64,000 bases of DNA, taken from assembly GCF_964213995.1 (NCBI RefSeq), contig NC_135823.1, forward strand, positions 744,001 to 808,000. Reading direction: 5' to 3'. The DNA is from Mustelus asterias (taxonomy: Eukaryota). Within the stretch, counting starts at the first letter, position 1. The number at the start of each line of letters is the position of its first letter. Made by a program: the position numbers and the translations under genes. This document shows positions 12,650 to 24,900 of the stretch, in pieces. Under the pieces are notes generated by a model. It was not told the DNA's origin, made no database searches, and was given only the letters and a program-made list of their open reading frames with translations.

Positions 12650-13985
12650 TATGATTTGATTTGATTTGATTTATTATTGTCACCTGTATTGCCTCAACAT
12701 ACAGTGAAAAATATTGTTTCTTGATCCCTATACAGACAAAGCATACCGTTCATCAAGAAGGAAACGAGAGAGTGCAGAATCTAATGCTGCAGCCATAGCT
12801 AGGGTCCAGAGAAGGATCAACTTAATGCAAGGTAAGTCCATTCAAAAGTCTGACAGCAGCAGGGAAGAAGCTGTTCTTGGGTCGGTTGGTACGTGACCAC
12901 ATACTTTTGTATCTTTTTCCCGATGGAGGAAGGTGGAAGAGAGAGTGTCCGGGGTGCGTGCGGTCCTTAATTGTGTTGGCTGCTCAGCCGAAGCAGCGGG
13001 AAGGGGAGACAGAGTTAATGGATGGGAGGCTGGTTGGCGTGATTGATTGGGCTACATTCACGAACTTTTGTAGTTCCTTGCGGTCTTGGGCAGGGTAGGA
13101 GCCATACCAAGCTGTGTTACAACCAGAAAGAATGCTTTCTATGGTGCATCTGGAAAGGTTTCTGAAAGTCGTAGCTGACATGCCAAACTTCTTTAGTCTT
13201 CTGAGAAATGAGAGGCGTTGGTGGACTTTCCTAACTATAGCGTCGGCATGGGGGGACCAGGACAGGTTGTAGGTGATCTGTAAATGTAAAAACGTGAAGC
13301 TCTCGACCCTTTCCAATGCGTCCCCGTTGATATAGACAGGAGAATGTTCTCCCTTGCGCTTCCTGAAGTGGATACAAATCTCCTTCGTTCTGTTGACATT
13401 GAGGGAGAGATTATTGTTGCCGCAGTAGTTCACAAGATTCGCTATCTCATTCCTAAACTCTGTCTCGTCATTGTTTGAGATCGACCCACAACGGTGCTGC
13501 CATCAGCAAATTTGAAAATCGAGTTGGAGGGAAATTTGGCCACACAGTCATAGGTGTATAAGGAGTGTAGTAAGGGGGTTGACAACACAGCCTTGTGGGG
13601 CACAGGAGTTGGGGATGATCGTGGAGGAGGTGTTGTTGCCTTTCCTTACTTACTGTGGTCTTTGATTTAGGAAGTTCAGGATCAAGTCGCAGAGAGAGTA
13701 GCCGAGGACCAGGCCACGGAGTTTCGAGATGAGTTTCGTGGCAATAATGGTGTTGAAGGCTGAGCTGTAGTCGATAAGTAGCAGTGTGACATAGGTGCCC
13801 TTTTTATCTAGGTGTTCCAGGGTTGGGTGCAGGGCCAGGGAGATGGCGTCTGCTGTGGACCATTTGCGGTGATAGGCAAACTGTCGTGGATCCATTTAGT
13901 CCGGGAGGCTGAAATTGATTCATGCCATGACTAGCATTTCGGAGCACTTCATAATGATGGATGGATGTCAGAGCCACCCGCCAAT
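12650..13985 (-). mobile_element. Rex1/Babar-clade LINE, 3' RT portion
   Basis: QFAYHRK.STADAISLALH..LEHLD..IDYSSAFNTI; NNLSLNVNRTKE..FRK..ESILSGC.TAWYG; short tandem tail (ATTTG on +) at ~12652-12672. Confidence 0.85.
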
Positions 13986-15459
13986 ATTCATTATGGCTGC
14001 TTGATTTTTCTTAGGTGCACGGTTAAATTCTCAGATTTTTTTGTTCCTATTTATATGCAGACCCCATAATCAATTTTGGAAATGTCAGCCACATGCAGGG
14101 CGGCAAGATGGAAGCACTTCATGACTTAAATGGAAGCCCTGTGGGGATTCACAGAGACTCACCAATGTCCACTCTGTGTGAGGAACTATGGAGTGGTCCC
14201 ACAGCAGAGGAACATGGTGACTCAGAGGCATTCGCTTGAGTGGCAAGTGTTAATGATTACTTGCAAACAGCAGCACGGCAGGTGGACAAATTTAAATTAA
14301 TGCAATTCGATTAAAATCTAATCTAATCCATGGCGACTTTGACCAATGTGATCGAACAGGGATTCCTTTTCTGGCAGGTAATAGACCAACTATATCTGGT
14401 CTGGCCTATATGTGACGCCAGGACTATGCCAGCAAATCACTAATTTCCAGGGGGGCAAACGAAATCCGGAATGGCAATCAATGCCACGTCATATGAAAAT
14501 TAAGTTTTGTGATTTCTGACCGGCATACCCGAATCAGGAAAATCGTTCTGTATTTCAGTCCGTGCCCATGAGGCAATTTCAGAATGGTACAGTGTGATCC
14601 AAAACATTGGAGAGGAGGGGCATATTCAGCCTCTCGAACCTCTTTCCCCTTACAGCCACATAATGGCTGATCTGTATTTTCACTTCAGCTACCTGGCTTG
14701 GTTCAGTAACTTGTACTTGTGCCCCCAATAAAAATCAGTTTCCAAATTTTCTATCTCCATCACCAATCGGATTCAACAGAAGGAGTTCCAGCTTTCTGAG
14801 GCAAAAGTGTTATTTTGCCTTTACTGTCTTACTAAGTATCTAGCTGAAGCGAACAAAAGGTCTCGAGGACTGTAATACTGAGATGTCACATCTGGCTGTG
14901 GATTGAGTAACGCTTCAGTCAATAGTTTTAAAGCTTTCCTTTCTTGCTTTTTCAAGGCACTGGTGCCAAGCTTGCAACATGACTTTGCTCACAGGCGGCG
15001 CTGTTTTCCTTCAGCGCAAATGTCCAGCCAACCCATGTCTGAACCTTGCAATGCCCTTTTCATTCACAAATGGTCAACATGAATATTGTGGATCTGATAT
15101 TAGAAGCATTGAGCGATACTAAATGGGGAATTGAGGAATCTGAACCAAACGGAAATTAGTGTTATCAACATAACCAAGTAATAGAAATGGCTGAACGTGA
15201 TGTAGAATATTAATAGTGCTTGAGAAGGAAAGTGCTTAAGATAATCGGACCCAATATCTGGAAGTGGAAATGCAATTTAACGGTACATTAAGAAGCTTTA
15301 TTGGTCCTGACGGGTTCACGAGTCACTCAGTAAGACGTTAATACAGCAAGTTCTCTGAACTCCAGCAGGAATGTTGAAATGGCGATTCTAAAAATATGAG
15401 CATTAATCCCGATTTTACTCAGTGCAGAACAGATGACATTGTTGGGAGAAAAACAGAAA

Positions 15460-16800
15460 ATTATAGGCAGTTTAGTCTAATTCCTATGGCAGGGAAACTA
15501 TAGGAAAAAAAGCTGAGGGACAGAATTAATCCCCACTTGGGGAGGCAAGCATTAATGAAGGATAGTCAGCATGGTTTTGTCAAAGGGAAATCATGCCATA
15601 CAATTTCGACAGAATTTTTCGAGGAGGTGACGAGTTGTGTGGATGCGAGCAATGCAGTTGATGTCGTCTACAGAGGCTGATGAAGAAGGTAAGAGCCGAT
15701 GGGATCCAGAGCAATTTGGCAAATTAGGTCAGAAAATAGTGGCAGGGACAGAGGGCAACGGTCGAAAGTTGTTTTTGTGACTGGAATCCTGAGTCCAGTG
15801 GTTTTCCAAAGAGATCGGTACTGGATCCCTTTTTGTTTGTACTGTATGCTATTGATGTAGACGTTAATGTAGGATGTATGGTAAGTAACTTCGCAAATGA
15901 CACAAAAATTGGCGCTGTGTAAATAGCGAGGAGCAAACCTTGAATACAGCATGATGTAGAAGGGCTCGTCAGATGTGCAGAATTGTGGCAAATGGAATTT
16001 ACGTCAGATAAGCGTGAGATGATGCATTTTGGGACAAGCAACAGGGCAGGGGATGACACAATGAACGCGTGAAATGGAGGGAGTACAAAGGATCGGAGAG
16101 ACTTTGATGTGCATGTCCATTGATCTGCGAAGACAGCAGGGCAGGTAGTGAAGCTCGTTCGGAAGGCACATGGGAGATACTTGTCTTTATTAACCGAGGC
16201 ATTGAATATAATAGCAAAGAGGTTGCGATGGAGCTGTACATAACACTGCTTAGTTCATAGCTGGAATAATGTGTGCTGTTCTGGTCACCACACAATAGGA
16301 AAGATTTGATTGCACGAGGGAAGCTGCAAAGAAGATTCACCAGGATGCTGCCTGGGTTGGGGCGTTTCAGCGTTGAAGAGGGACTGGATTGTTTTCCTTG
16401 CGGCAGAGAAGGCTGAGGGAGTGGGGGGGGGGGGGGGTGAGTGGAAGTGGCGGGGGGGGGGGGGGAGGGTTGGGGGATGATTGAGGTTGGTAAACTATGA
16501 GTGGCATTGATAGGGTGGATCGGAAATAAATTTTCCCTCAGCAAGGGAGATGTGAGGAAAAGCTTTCCGCCCAGAGGGTGGTGGGAATCAAGAACTCACT
16601 GCCTGAAAGGATGGCAGAAGTGGAAACTCACCACATTTGATAAGCATTTCGATGATCACGTGAAACACCTTAACATACAAGATAACGGGGCAGGCAAGTG
16701 CTGGAAAATGGGATGAGAATAAATGGGTGCTTGATGGCCGGTGCGGACACGATGGGCTGAATGTCCTCTTTCCGTGCTATGACACTATGATTCAATGGCT
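15460..16800 (+). mobile_element. CR1 LINE 3' fragment
   Basis: Degenerate SQHGF..GKSC, F.NDTKIG and [11 protein letters not shown] coding, plus CR1 3' tail. Confidence 0.8.
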
Positions 16801-18492
16801 ATAAATAATGAACTGAACAGTATCAAATTATGAAATTTAAGTTGTTTAGAAATATATTTTTCTTGTGGGTCCTTTCTATTTGGTTATCACCTGATGCTCT
16901 GATTCACATTAGCTGCGTGTTCCGGGTTCCAATAAATAGCGGTTTCCGATTGCTTTCTTGAGGGCGATAATATCCTACTGATCTCATTTCCTGTTGTCCT
17001 CTGATGGGCTCTCTCGTGTCAACTATTCGTGGCATCATCGCCGTTGTTATAATTTTTTGTCAATTTTATGACTTCTTCTTAAGGTGAAGGTGTTTTATGA
17101 TTTTTTGTGTCCAATCGTTTAAGAAAGGGGGAGTATGTGGTCAAAAACTCATAAATGAGTGTCCTCTCAAATTTTGCTTGCTGCTATATGTTCCTCTCTT
17201 TTCTCTCTCACACTGCAACTGAATAAATTATTGCAAAGCTGTGCAACACTAGAATTGGGAAAACAGAAATATCTCTGTGGATAAAAAGGAATAAATGCAT
17301 TGCGATTGCATCCGACTGTTGTGGTAATACGATACAATATTTATTTTTATTCATGGGAGAGGGGCATCATTTATTGTCCATCTCTTTTGCCCTTCAACTG
17401 AACAGATTGGTAGGCCATCTCAGAAGCCGGTTGAGAGTCAACCACACTGAGTAACATAGAATCATACCGTGCAGAAGAGGCACATGGAGTCAGGAGCGAC
17501 ACGCGAGAAACACCTGAACTCCCACCTCATCCCATTTTCCAGCACTTGGCCCGTAGCCATGTAGGCCAGAGCAGGTAAGGTGAGCAGATTTCTCCCCCTG
17601 AAGGGGCATTAGCGAATCGGATGGGTTTTCCAACAATCGACAATGGTCATAAGTAAATTCTTAATTCGAGATTTTTTTTTCTGGATTCAAATTGAAAACA
17701 GCCGCGGCGGCAGTTGAAGCCAAATCCACAGAACATTATTTGAGTTTCTGGATTAGTAGTCTGGCGGTAATACCACAAGGCCACCCGGTCCTCTAATAAT
17801 TTGAGTTCTATTAATCAGGACAGAACTGGTGAGGAAATGACAAGGGATGACAAGGAAATCCAAGTGACGCAGAGAGCATGAATCGAAATTAATTTCTTCT
17901 TCCTCATCCTATTGCTCTGTAATGTGCGGCTACTGATAAATACAAAGCTAAATTCACTGTGTAAAATTAGGATGATAACATTGGAAAATGCATGCATCGC
18001 TGTCTGGTCCGTCTCTAATTGCGTTCCATTTGTATAAATGATCAAAACTCTCACAGCTCAAGCAATGACGCACATCTGATTCTTGGACTGATATTGTCAG
18101 CTCCACAGAAATTTAAGCATCAGAAAGATTACACGTAATTATAAGTTTGTTATTGATCAAGATCAAGACAATTCATCGTTATTAATATCGAATAGTTAAT
18201 TGATATTCAGGCGTCGACAAATGCACAGAGAAATTGTCTAGTTCCTGTGTGTATACAATCAGCAGAACATTTTCAGAGAATCTCCGGAAATCCTCTCAGC
18301 ATTGCTCAACATTTCTTCCACAGTTGATGAACACGGTTCCAGTGGAATATCCCAAACTCCAGTGAACACTGGAGCCAATTTTTGGAGAATGCGCGGGGAA
18401 AGTTTAGCTGTTTGAAATGAGACTCCTTGGATCCATGTTTACTTCATCGATGCTGTGGGATTTTTGGGTAATCCTGTCTCCTCCAGAACTTA

Positions 18493-18579
18493 TCATTCGG
18501 ACTCCCATTTTCGACCCACCTTCTTTTTCGATCTCTTTTCCAAAGCGACCAAATCCAGGGAGGCGTAGACGGGTCCACT
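18493..18579 (-). CDS. Gene A exon 8, terminal exon with Tyr motif VYASL
   Basis: ATATTTCAG acceptor; phase 0; [28 protein letters not shown]. Confidence 0.7.
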   Translation of the reverse strand, partial: SGPVYASLDLVALEKRSKKKVGRKWESE

Positions 18580-21500
18580 CTGAAATATTCAGAAATCATA
18601 TAAACATCATAGTGAATCATAGAACCCGCCTGTGCTGAGGGAGGCCATTCGGCCCATAGATATTTAAGATTACCCTCAATGTCAAACGCGTGACATAAAA
18701 TCATGGCATGACACAAATTCGAAGGAGACTAAACGGCCCATTGAATACGTGTTGGATCTTTGAAAGAGCTATCCATTTTTAATTCATTCTTGGGACATGG
18801 GCTTCACCCATTCGGAGTTGTCCTTGTTCAGAAGGTAGCTGAGAGTCAACCACATTGCTGTCCCTCTGTAGGCCAGACCAATTAAGAATATGAACATAAT
18901 AACATAAGCAATAGGAGCAGGAGTAGGCCATCCAGCCCCTCGAGTCTGCACCGCAATTCAATACGATCATGGCTGATCTGAAGTGAATCAGTTCCACTTA
19001 CCCGCCTGCTCCCCATAACCCTTAATTCCCCTACCGATCAGAAATCCATCTGTACGTGACTTAAACATATTCAACGAGGTAGTCTCCAGCACCTCAGTGG
19101 GCAGAGAATTCCAGAGATTCACCACCCTCTGAGAGAAGAGGTTCCTCCTCAACTCTGTCCTAAACTGACCCCCCTTTATTTTGAGCCTATGCCCTCGAGT
19201 TCTGGTTTCCTTTCTAAGTGGAAAGATTCTCTCCACTTCTACCCTAACCAGCCCCTTCATTATCTTATATGCCTCTATAAGATCACCCCTCAGCCTTCTA
19301 AGCTCCAAGAGTACAAAGCTAATCTGCTCAATCTCTCCCAATAACCTACACCCCGGTATCCGGTATCAACCTGGTGAACCTTCTCTGCCCTCCCTCCAAG
19401 GCCAATATATCCTTTTGCAAGTAAGGGGACCAAAACTGCACACAGTATTCCAGCTGCGGCCTCACCAATGCCTTGTACAGATGCAGCTAGACTTCTCTGC
19501 TTTTATATTCTATCCCCCTCGCGATAAATGCCAACATCCCATTTGCCTTCTTGATCACCTGTTGTACTTACAGACTCAATTTTTGTGACTCATGCACAAG
19601 GACCCCCAGGTCCCTTTGCACAGGAGCATGTTGTAATTGTTTTCCATTTGTATAATAGTCCAATTTGCTATTATTTCTTCCAAAGTGAATAACCTCGCAT
19701 TTGCCAACGTTATTCTCCATCTGCCAGATCCTCGCCCACTCACTTAGCCTATTCAAATCTCTCTGCAGACCTTCCGCTTCCTTCACGCAATTCACTTTCC
19801 CACTTATCTTCGTGTCGTCAGCAAACGCGTTACCCTACACTCAGTCCCCTCCTCCAGATCATCTATGTAAATAGTAAACAGTTGAGGCCCCAGTACCGAT
19901 CCCTGCGGCACGCCACGAGTCACCATCTGCCAATCAGAAAAGCACCCATTTATTCCAACTCGCTGCTTCCTGTTGGATAGCCAATCCCCAATCCACGCTG
20001 ACACCCTACCCCCAACTCCGTTGAATGGCAGATTTCCTTGCCGAAAAAAGATAAGTGAACCAGATGTGTTTTTCTGACAATGGTTTCATGGTCATGAGGA
20101 GATAATTAATTCCAGATTTTGTTTCATTGAATAAAAATTCAACCATCTGGCTTGCGGGATTCAAACTCGGATCCTTGGAACATTCGCTGGGTATCTGGAT
20201 TAATAGCCTAGCGCTAAGACAACTAGACCATTGTCTCTCCTTTAGACCAACCTTCACTTTAATGCATAATGCTCAGCTCTGTTCTTTGGAAAAAGTAGTT
20301 ATCCGATTCCTTTTTGAAAGTGGCTATTAATTCTGCTTCCATTGGCCTCTGTATCAATTGGAAATCGCGTGGTTTAATGTGCCAATGGAATAGTTAGACT
20401 GTAACATAGCAAGACCTTAAGAGACTGGAGCAGAAGTAGGCCATTCAGCCCATCGAGTCTGCTCCGCCATTCCATGAGTTCATGACTGTTCTGATTTAAC
20501 AGTCGTCAACTCCACGTTCCCGCCTTATTCCCATAACCCTTTATTCCCTGACTGAATAAGAATCTGTCCATCTCAGCCTTCAAAATGCTTTACGTCCCAA
20601 CGCCTATAGGCTGAAATTGACTGAAATAATGTAGTGACAGAGAAGCAGAATTTGGAAAGCGACTTAACAAAGGCATCACTAGTATTTATTCAGAAAACTC
20701 GTCTAATGAGTCTGTCGATTCGCTTGCTGTTAAACAGACAATCCAAGTACCATGTTTCTCAGTGTGTTATGTTCAAGGTTCCCTGATCAGCGTCTCAGCA
20801 TTTATCCTCTCAAGCCCCTTCAGAATCATAGAATCCCGATAGTGCAGAATGAGACCATTCATCCCATCGAGATTGTACGGACTCTCCCCCACCCGACCCC
20901 TGTAACCCAACAGGTTTATCATGGCATTCCATCTAACCTACACACCTTGGGATACTAAGGGACCGTACAAACTACATTTGGGAGGGAACAGGAGCACCTG
21001 GAGGAAACCTACACAGACAACGTGAGAACATGCAAACTCTACACAGACACCCATCCAAGGAATTGAACTCGGGTTGCTGGCGCTGTGAAGCAGCCGTGCT
21101 AACCACTGTGCCACCGTGCCGCCTTTGATCCTTGTGTTTCGGCAAATCCATCACATGGAATCACAACAGCCACACGCAATCAAATGTGTTGGCGCCATTG
21201 AACCACAGGACAGATATGGCAGAGAAGGAGGCCATTCCCCATCATGTCTGTGCCGGCCAGAAAGCTCGCTGTCTACTCAAATCCCACTGTCCAACACCCA
21301 ATCTGTAGCCTTGAACGTTACAGCATTTTACATACAGATTCAGGTCCCTTTTATAGGTAACTAAAATTTCCACCATCAAACCAAACAGCTAATTTCAAAC
21401 ACCAGCCACTTTGCATTTACTTTGTATCGTTCTTGGTTAAACACCTCATCGTTGACCGCCACTTGTTGAAATTGTAATCATCGAATTTAATGTGATAAAT

Positions 21501-21908
21501 GTGGCAGCGCCTTTTGAAACAGTATGATCCCAGAAGGAAAATGTCATTAATGACCCAGTTAAATTGTTGCATTTTTAGATGTTTGTTGAGGGAGTAAATA
21601 CCGACCAGAACACTGCACCACAGGCACGCACTCAGAATCATTCTCCCGCCCAAGCACACAGACTCAGACACACTTACACATGCAAACACACACACACACT
21701 CTCTCTCTCTCTCTTACAAACACAGCCTCACAAACAGATAGACACACAGAGTCTCAAAGGAAGATACACATATAGCCACACACACGTTAACTCACACATG
21801 TTCTCCCTCAGACTCACAGTCTCTCGCCCTCTCTCTCAGGTACACACGAAAACATAAGCACCCTTCCACTCACACAGACACACAGGCACACACACTCACG
21901 CAAACACA

Positions 21909-21941
<33 letters not shown>

Positions 21942-24900
21942 CACACACCGACACATACTGAGAGCTGCACAGACAAATAATTTATCTCACTCACGCACAT
22001 AACCACAATCTCACACCAACACATACAGAGAGATACACAAAGAATCTCTCTCTCTCTCACACGCACACAATCTCATACCGACACATACCGAAAGAAGACA
22101 GAGAATCTCACACAGAAACAAACACACACGCATACAAATCTTTTCTATGTATTTACAAAACAAAACATCTTTTGATTTCTCGATTTAAAAACTACCATGG
22201 CTTTGGACATCGTAATTCCAGCAATTAATTCATTTCCAATTGTGCCCAGATTGGAGGAAACTGGGAGTTACGTCAGGGAGAACTGGATTCTCCGCGGAGG
22301 TAAGGAAAGTGAAAAATAACAGAAAGCTGCCAATCTGCAAATGAAACTTCGGGAAACCTGCAGAAACGTCTGACAGAGATTTTCTATCCGGAACATTAAC
22401 TCAGTCGCTGTATAATCAGTTGGAAAAGCCGCAGAGGGACATGTTATGACACCAGTGTGTGGACAAATATGATTTGAATCATAATTAGATGCTTCAGACA
22501 GTGAGCTGCTCTCTGACAGCCGCATGAAATATCCAACATGAGGCATCCTGCACCTTATTCCAAAACCCGGGAATTTTCTGCACAGTATTAAAATATTTGC
22601 AAAACACTTGCCTGAACTGCACCGTCTTGTGTTCCCATTCCATATGTTTGGCGATAGTCGTCTGTGGAACAAAGTGGAAGATTGCAATATAAATCTAATC
22701 CTGTTCCGGCTGAGCGATGATTAATCTGAGACAGTGTGGACAAATGATGCCCTGTTGCACCAATACATCAATTGGCCCAACGCCTCAATGGGTGTCAATC
22801 CAAAGAAGTCTCCCACGTACACCAGTGTTGTCCTCATACATAAAAGGTCCCTCGGTATATCAACTGTCAAGCAAGACTTCAATGGATCCCAATCCGCCAA
22901 TGGATGGACAAGGCATTTCTATCCCACTTGCTGTCTCTGGCCCTAGTAATATTTCAGTGCCAGATTTGATGGTCAACAGTTATACTTTTCTATGGGGCTA
23001 ACAGGGGATTAATATAGGAACGATTTGATGGCTGGAAGTACTCTCATTTCCTTCCATTTTAGCATTGTTTAGCACTGCTGCCTCACAGCGCCAGGGAGCC
23101 ATGTTAAATTCCACACTTCGGTGACTGTGTGGAATTTGCACTTCCTCCCTGTACCTGCGTGGGTTTCATCTGAGTGCTCCGGTCTCCTTTGAGTGCTCCG
23201 CTTTCCTCCCACTGTCAAAAGATGTGCAGATTAGGTGAATTGGCCAAGCTAAATTGCCCATGACTGTTCAAATATTAGCAGGTTAGATGAACTGGCTATG
23301 CTGAATTGTACCTTACTGTCAAAACATGTGCAGTTTAGGTGGATTGACCATGCTGAACTGCTTCTCAGTGTCCAATGATATACAAATTAGATGGATTTAT
23401 CATGCTGAATTGCTCCTTAGTATCCGAAGATGTGCAGTTTGGTTGGACTGCCATGCTGAATTGCCCCTTAGTGTCCAAAGTTGAGCAGGGTAGGTGAACT
23501 GCCCAAGCTATACAGGCTCTAAATGCCCAAACATTTGCAGGTAAGTTGGATTGGCCATGTTGAATTGCTCCGTAGTGTCCACAAATGTGCAGGTTAGGTG
23601 GATTGGCCATTCCCAATTGCCCCTTAGTGTCAAAAGATGTGTCATTTTCCCGTTAGCGTCAGGTGTTACGGGGTTAGGGGCCGGCTGGGATTGTTGTCAG
23701 TGTAGGCTCGATGGGCCGACTGGCCTCCTTCTGCACTGTAAGAATTCTATGATATGCTTGCTCAATGATATTGAATATGTGCCAACATTTGAATGCAACT
23801 TACCCGTTTGTCCGTCTGTCCGCACCCCTCTGTGTGCTGTCTCTCTCAAGCTAAAACTGAATAAGGAAATAAAAAGAATTAAGCAAATGTCACATCGGGC
23901 AAATCCTGGCTGAGAAGCCAGAAGTATTTGAAAGAAAGGATATTCAATGTTTGAAGATGGAACATTTCGCCATATAGCATTAGCATCAGTGGTGGTGTTG
24001 AACAGAGCTGAACACAACATTTAATACAGAGATAGTACTTGTGATGAATTTTGTAAATGGCTCAGTTACTCACCTTTCATTGCGGGCTCCCTCAGCTCGC
24101 TCTGCTGAAACAAGACACAATGATTAGCAGGACAAAACTATGAGGAGAATCACATTGGGTGAACAACAGTGATATTATGGTGCTGGTGGTGGATGGAACA
24201 TTTTGGTGGTGGTGGATGGAACATTTTCGGTTTGGACGCAGGTTGCTAGTGGAGTGCCACAGGGATCAGTGCTTGGTCCTCTGCTCTTTGTGATTTTTAT
24301 TAATGACTTAGAGGAGGGGGCTGAAGGGTGGATCAGTAAATTTGCTGATGACACCAAGATTGGTGGAGTAGTGGATGAGGTGGAGGGCTGTTGTCGGCTG
24401 CAAAGAGACATATATAGGATGCAAAGCTGGGCTGAAAAATGGCAAATGGAGTTAACCCTGATGAATGCGAGGTGATTCATTTTGGTAGGACAAATTTAAA
24501 TGTGGATTACAGGGTCAAAGGTAGGGTTCTGAAGACTGTGGAGGATCAGAGAGATCTTGGGGTCCATATCCACAGATCTCTAAAGGTTTCCACTCAAGTG
24601 GATAGAGCTGTGAAGAAGGCCTATAGTGTGTTAGCTTTTATTAACAGGGGGTTGGAGTTTAAGAGCCGTGGGGTTATGCTGCAACTGGACAGGACCTTGG
24701 TGAGACCACATTTGGAATATTGTGTGCAGTTCTGCTCACCTCACTATAAGAAGGATGTGAAAGCGCTGGAAAGATTGCAGAGGAGATTTACCAGGATGCT
24801 GCCTGGTTTGGAGGGTATGTCTTATGAGGAAAGGTTGAGGGAGCTAGGGCTGTTCTCTCTGGAGCGGAGGAGGCTGAGTGGAGACTTAATAGAGGTTTAT

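Noticed and set aside
23218-23640. CRISPR-like array
   Set aside because: Contiguous degenerate tandem units without unique spacers, inside a SINE in vertebrate DNA.
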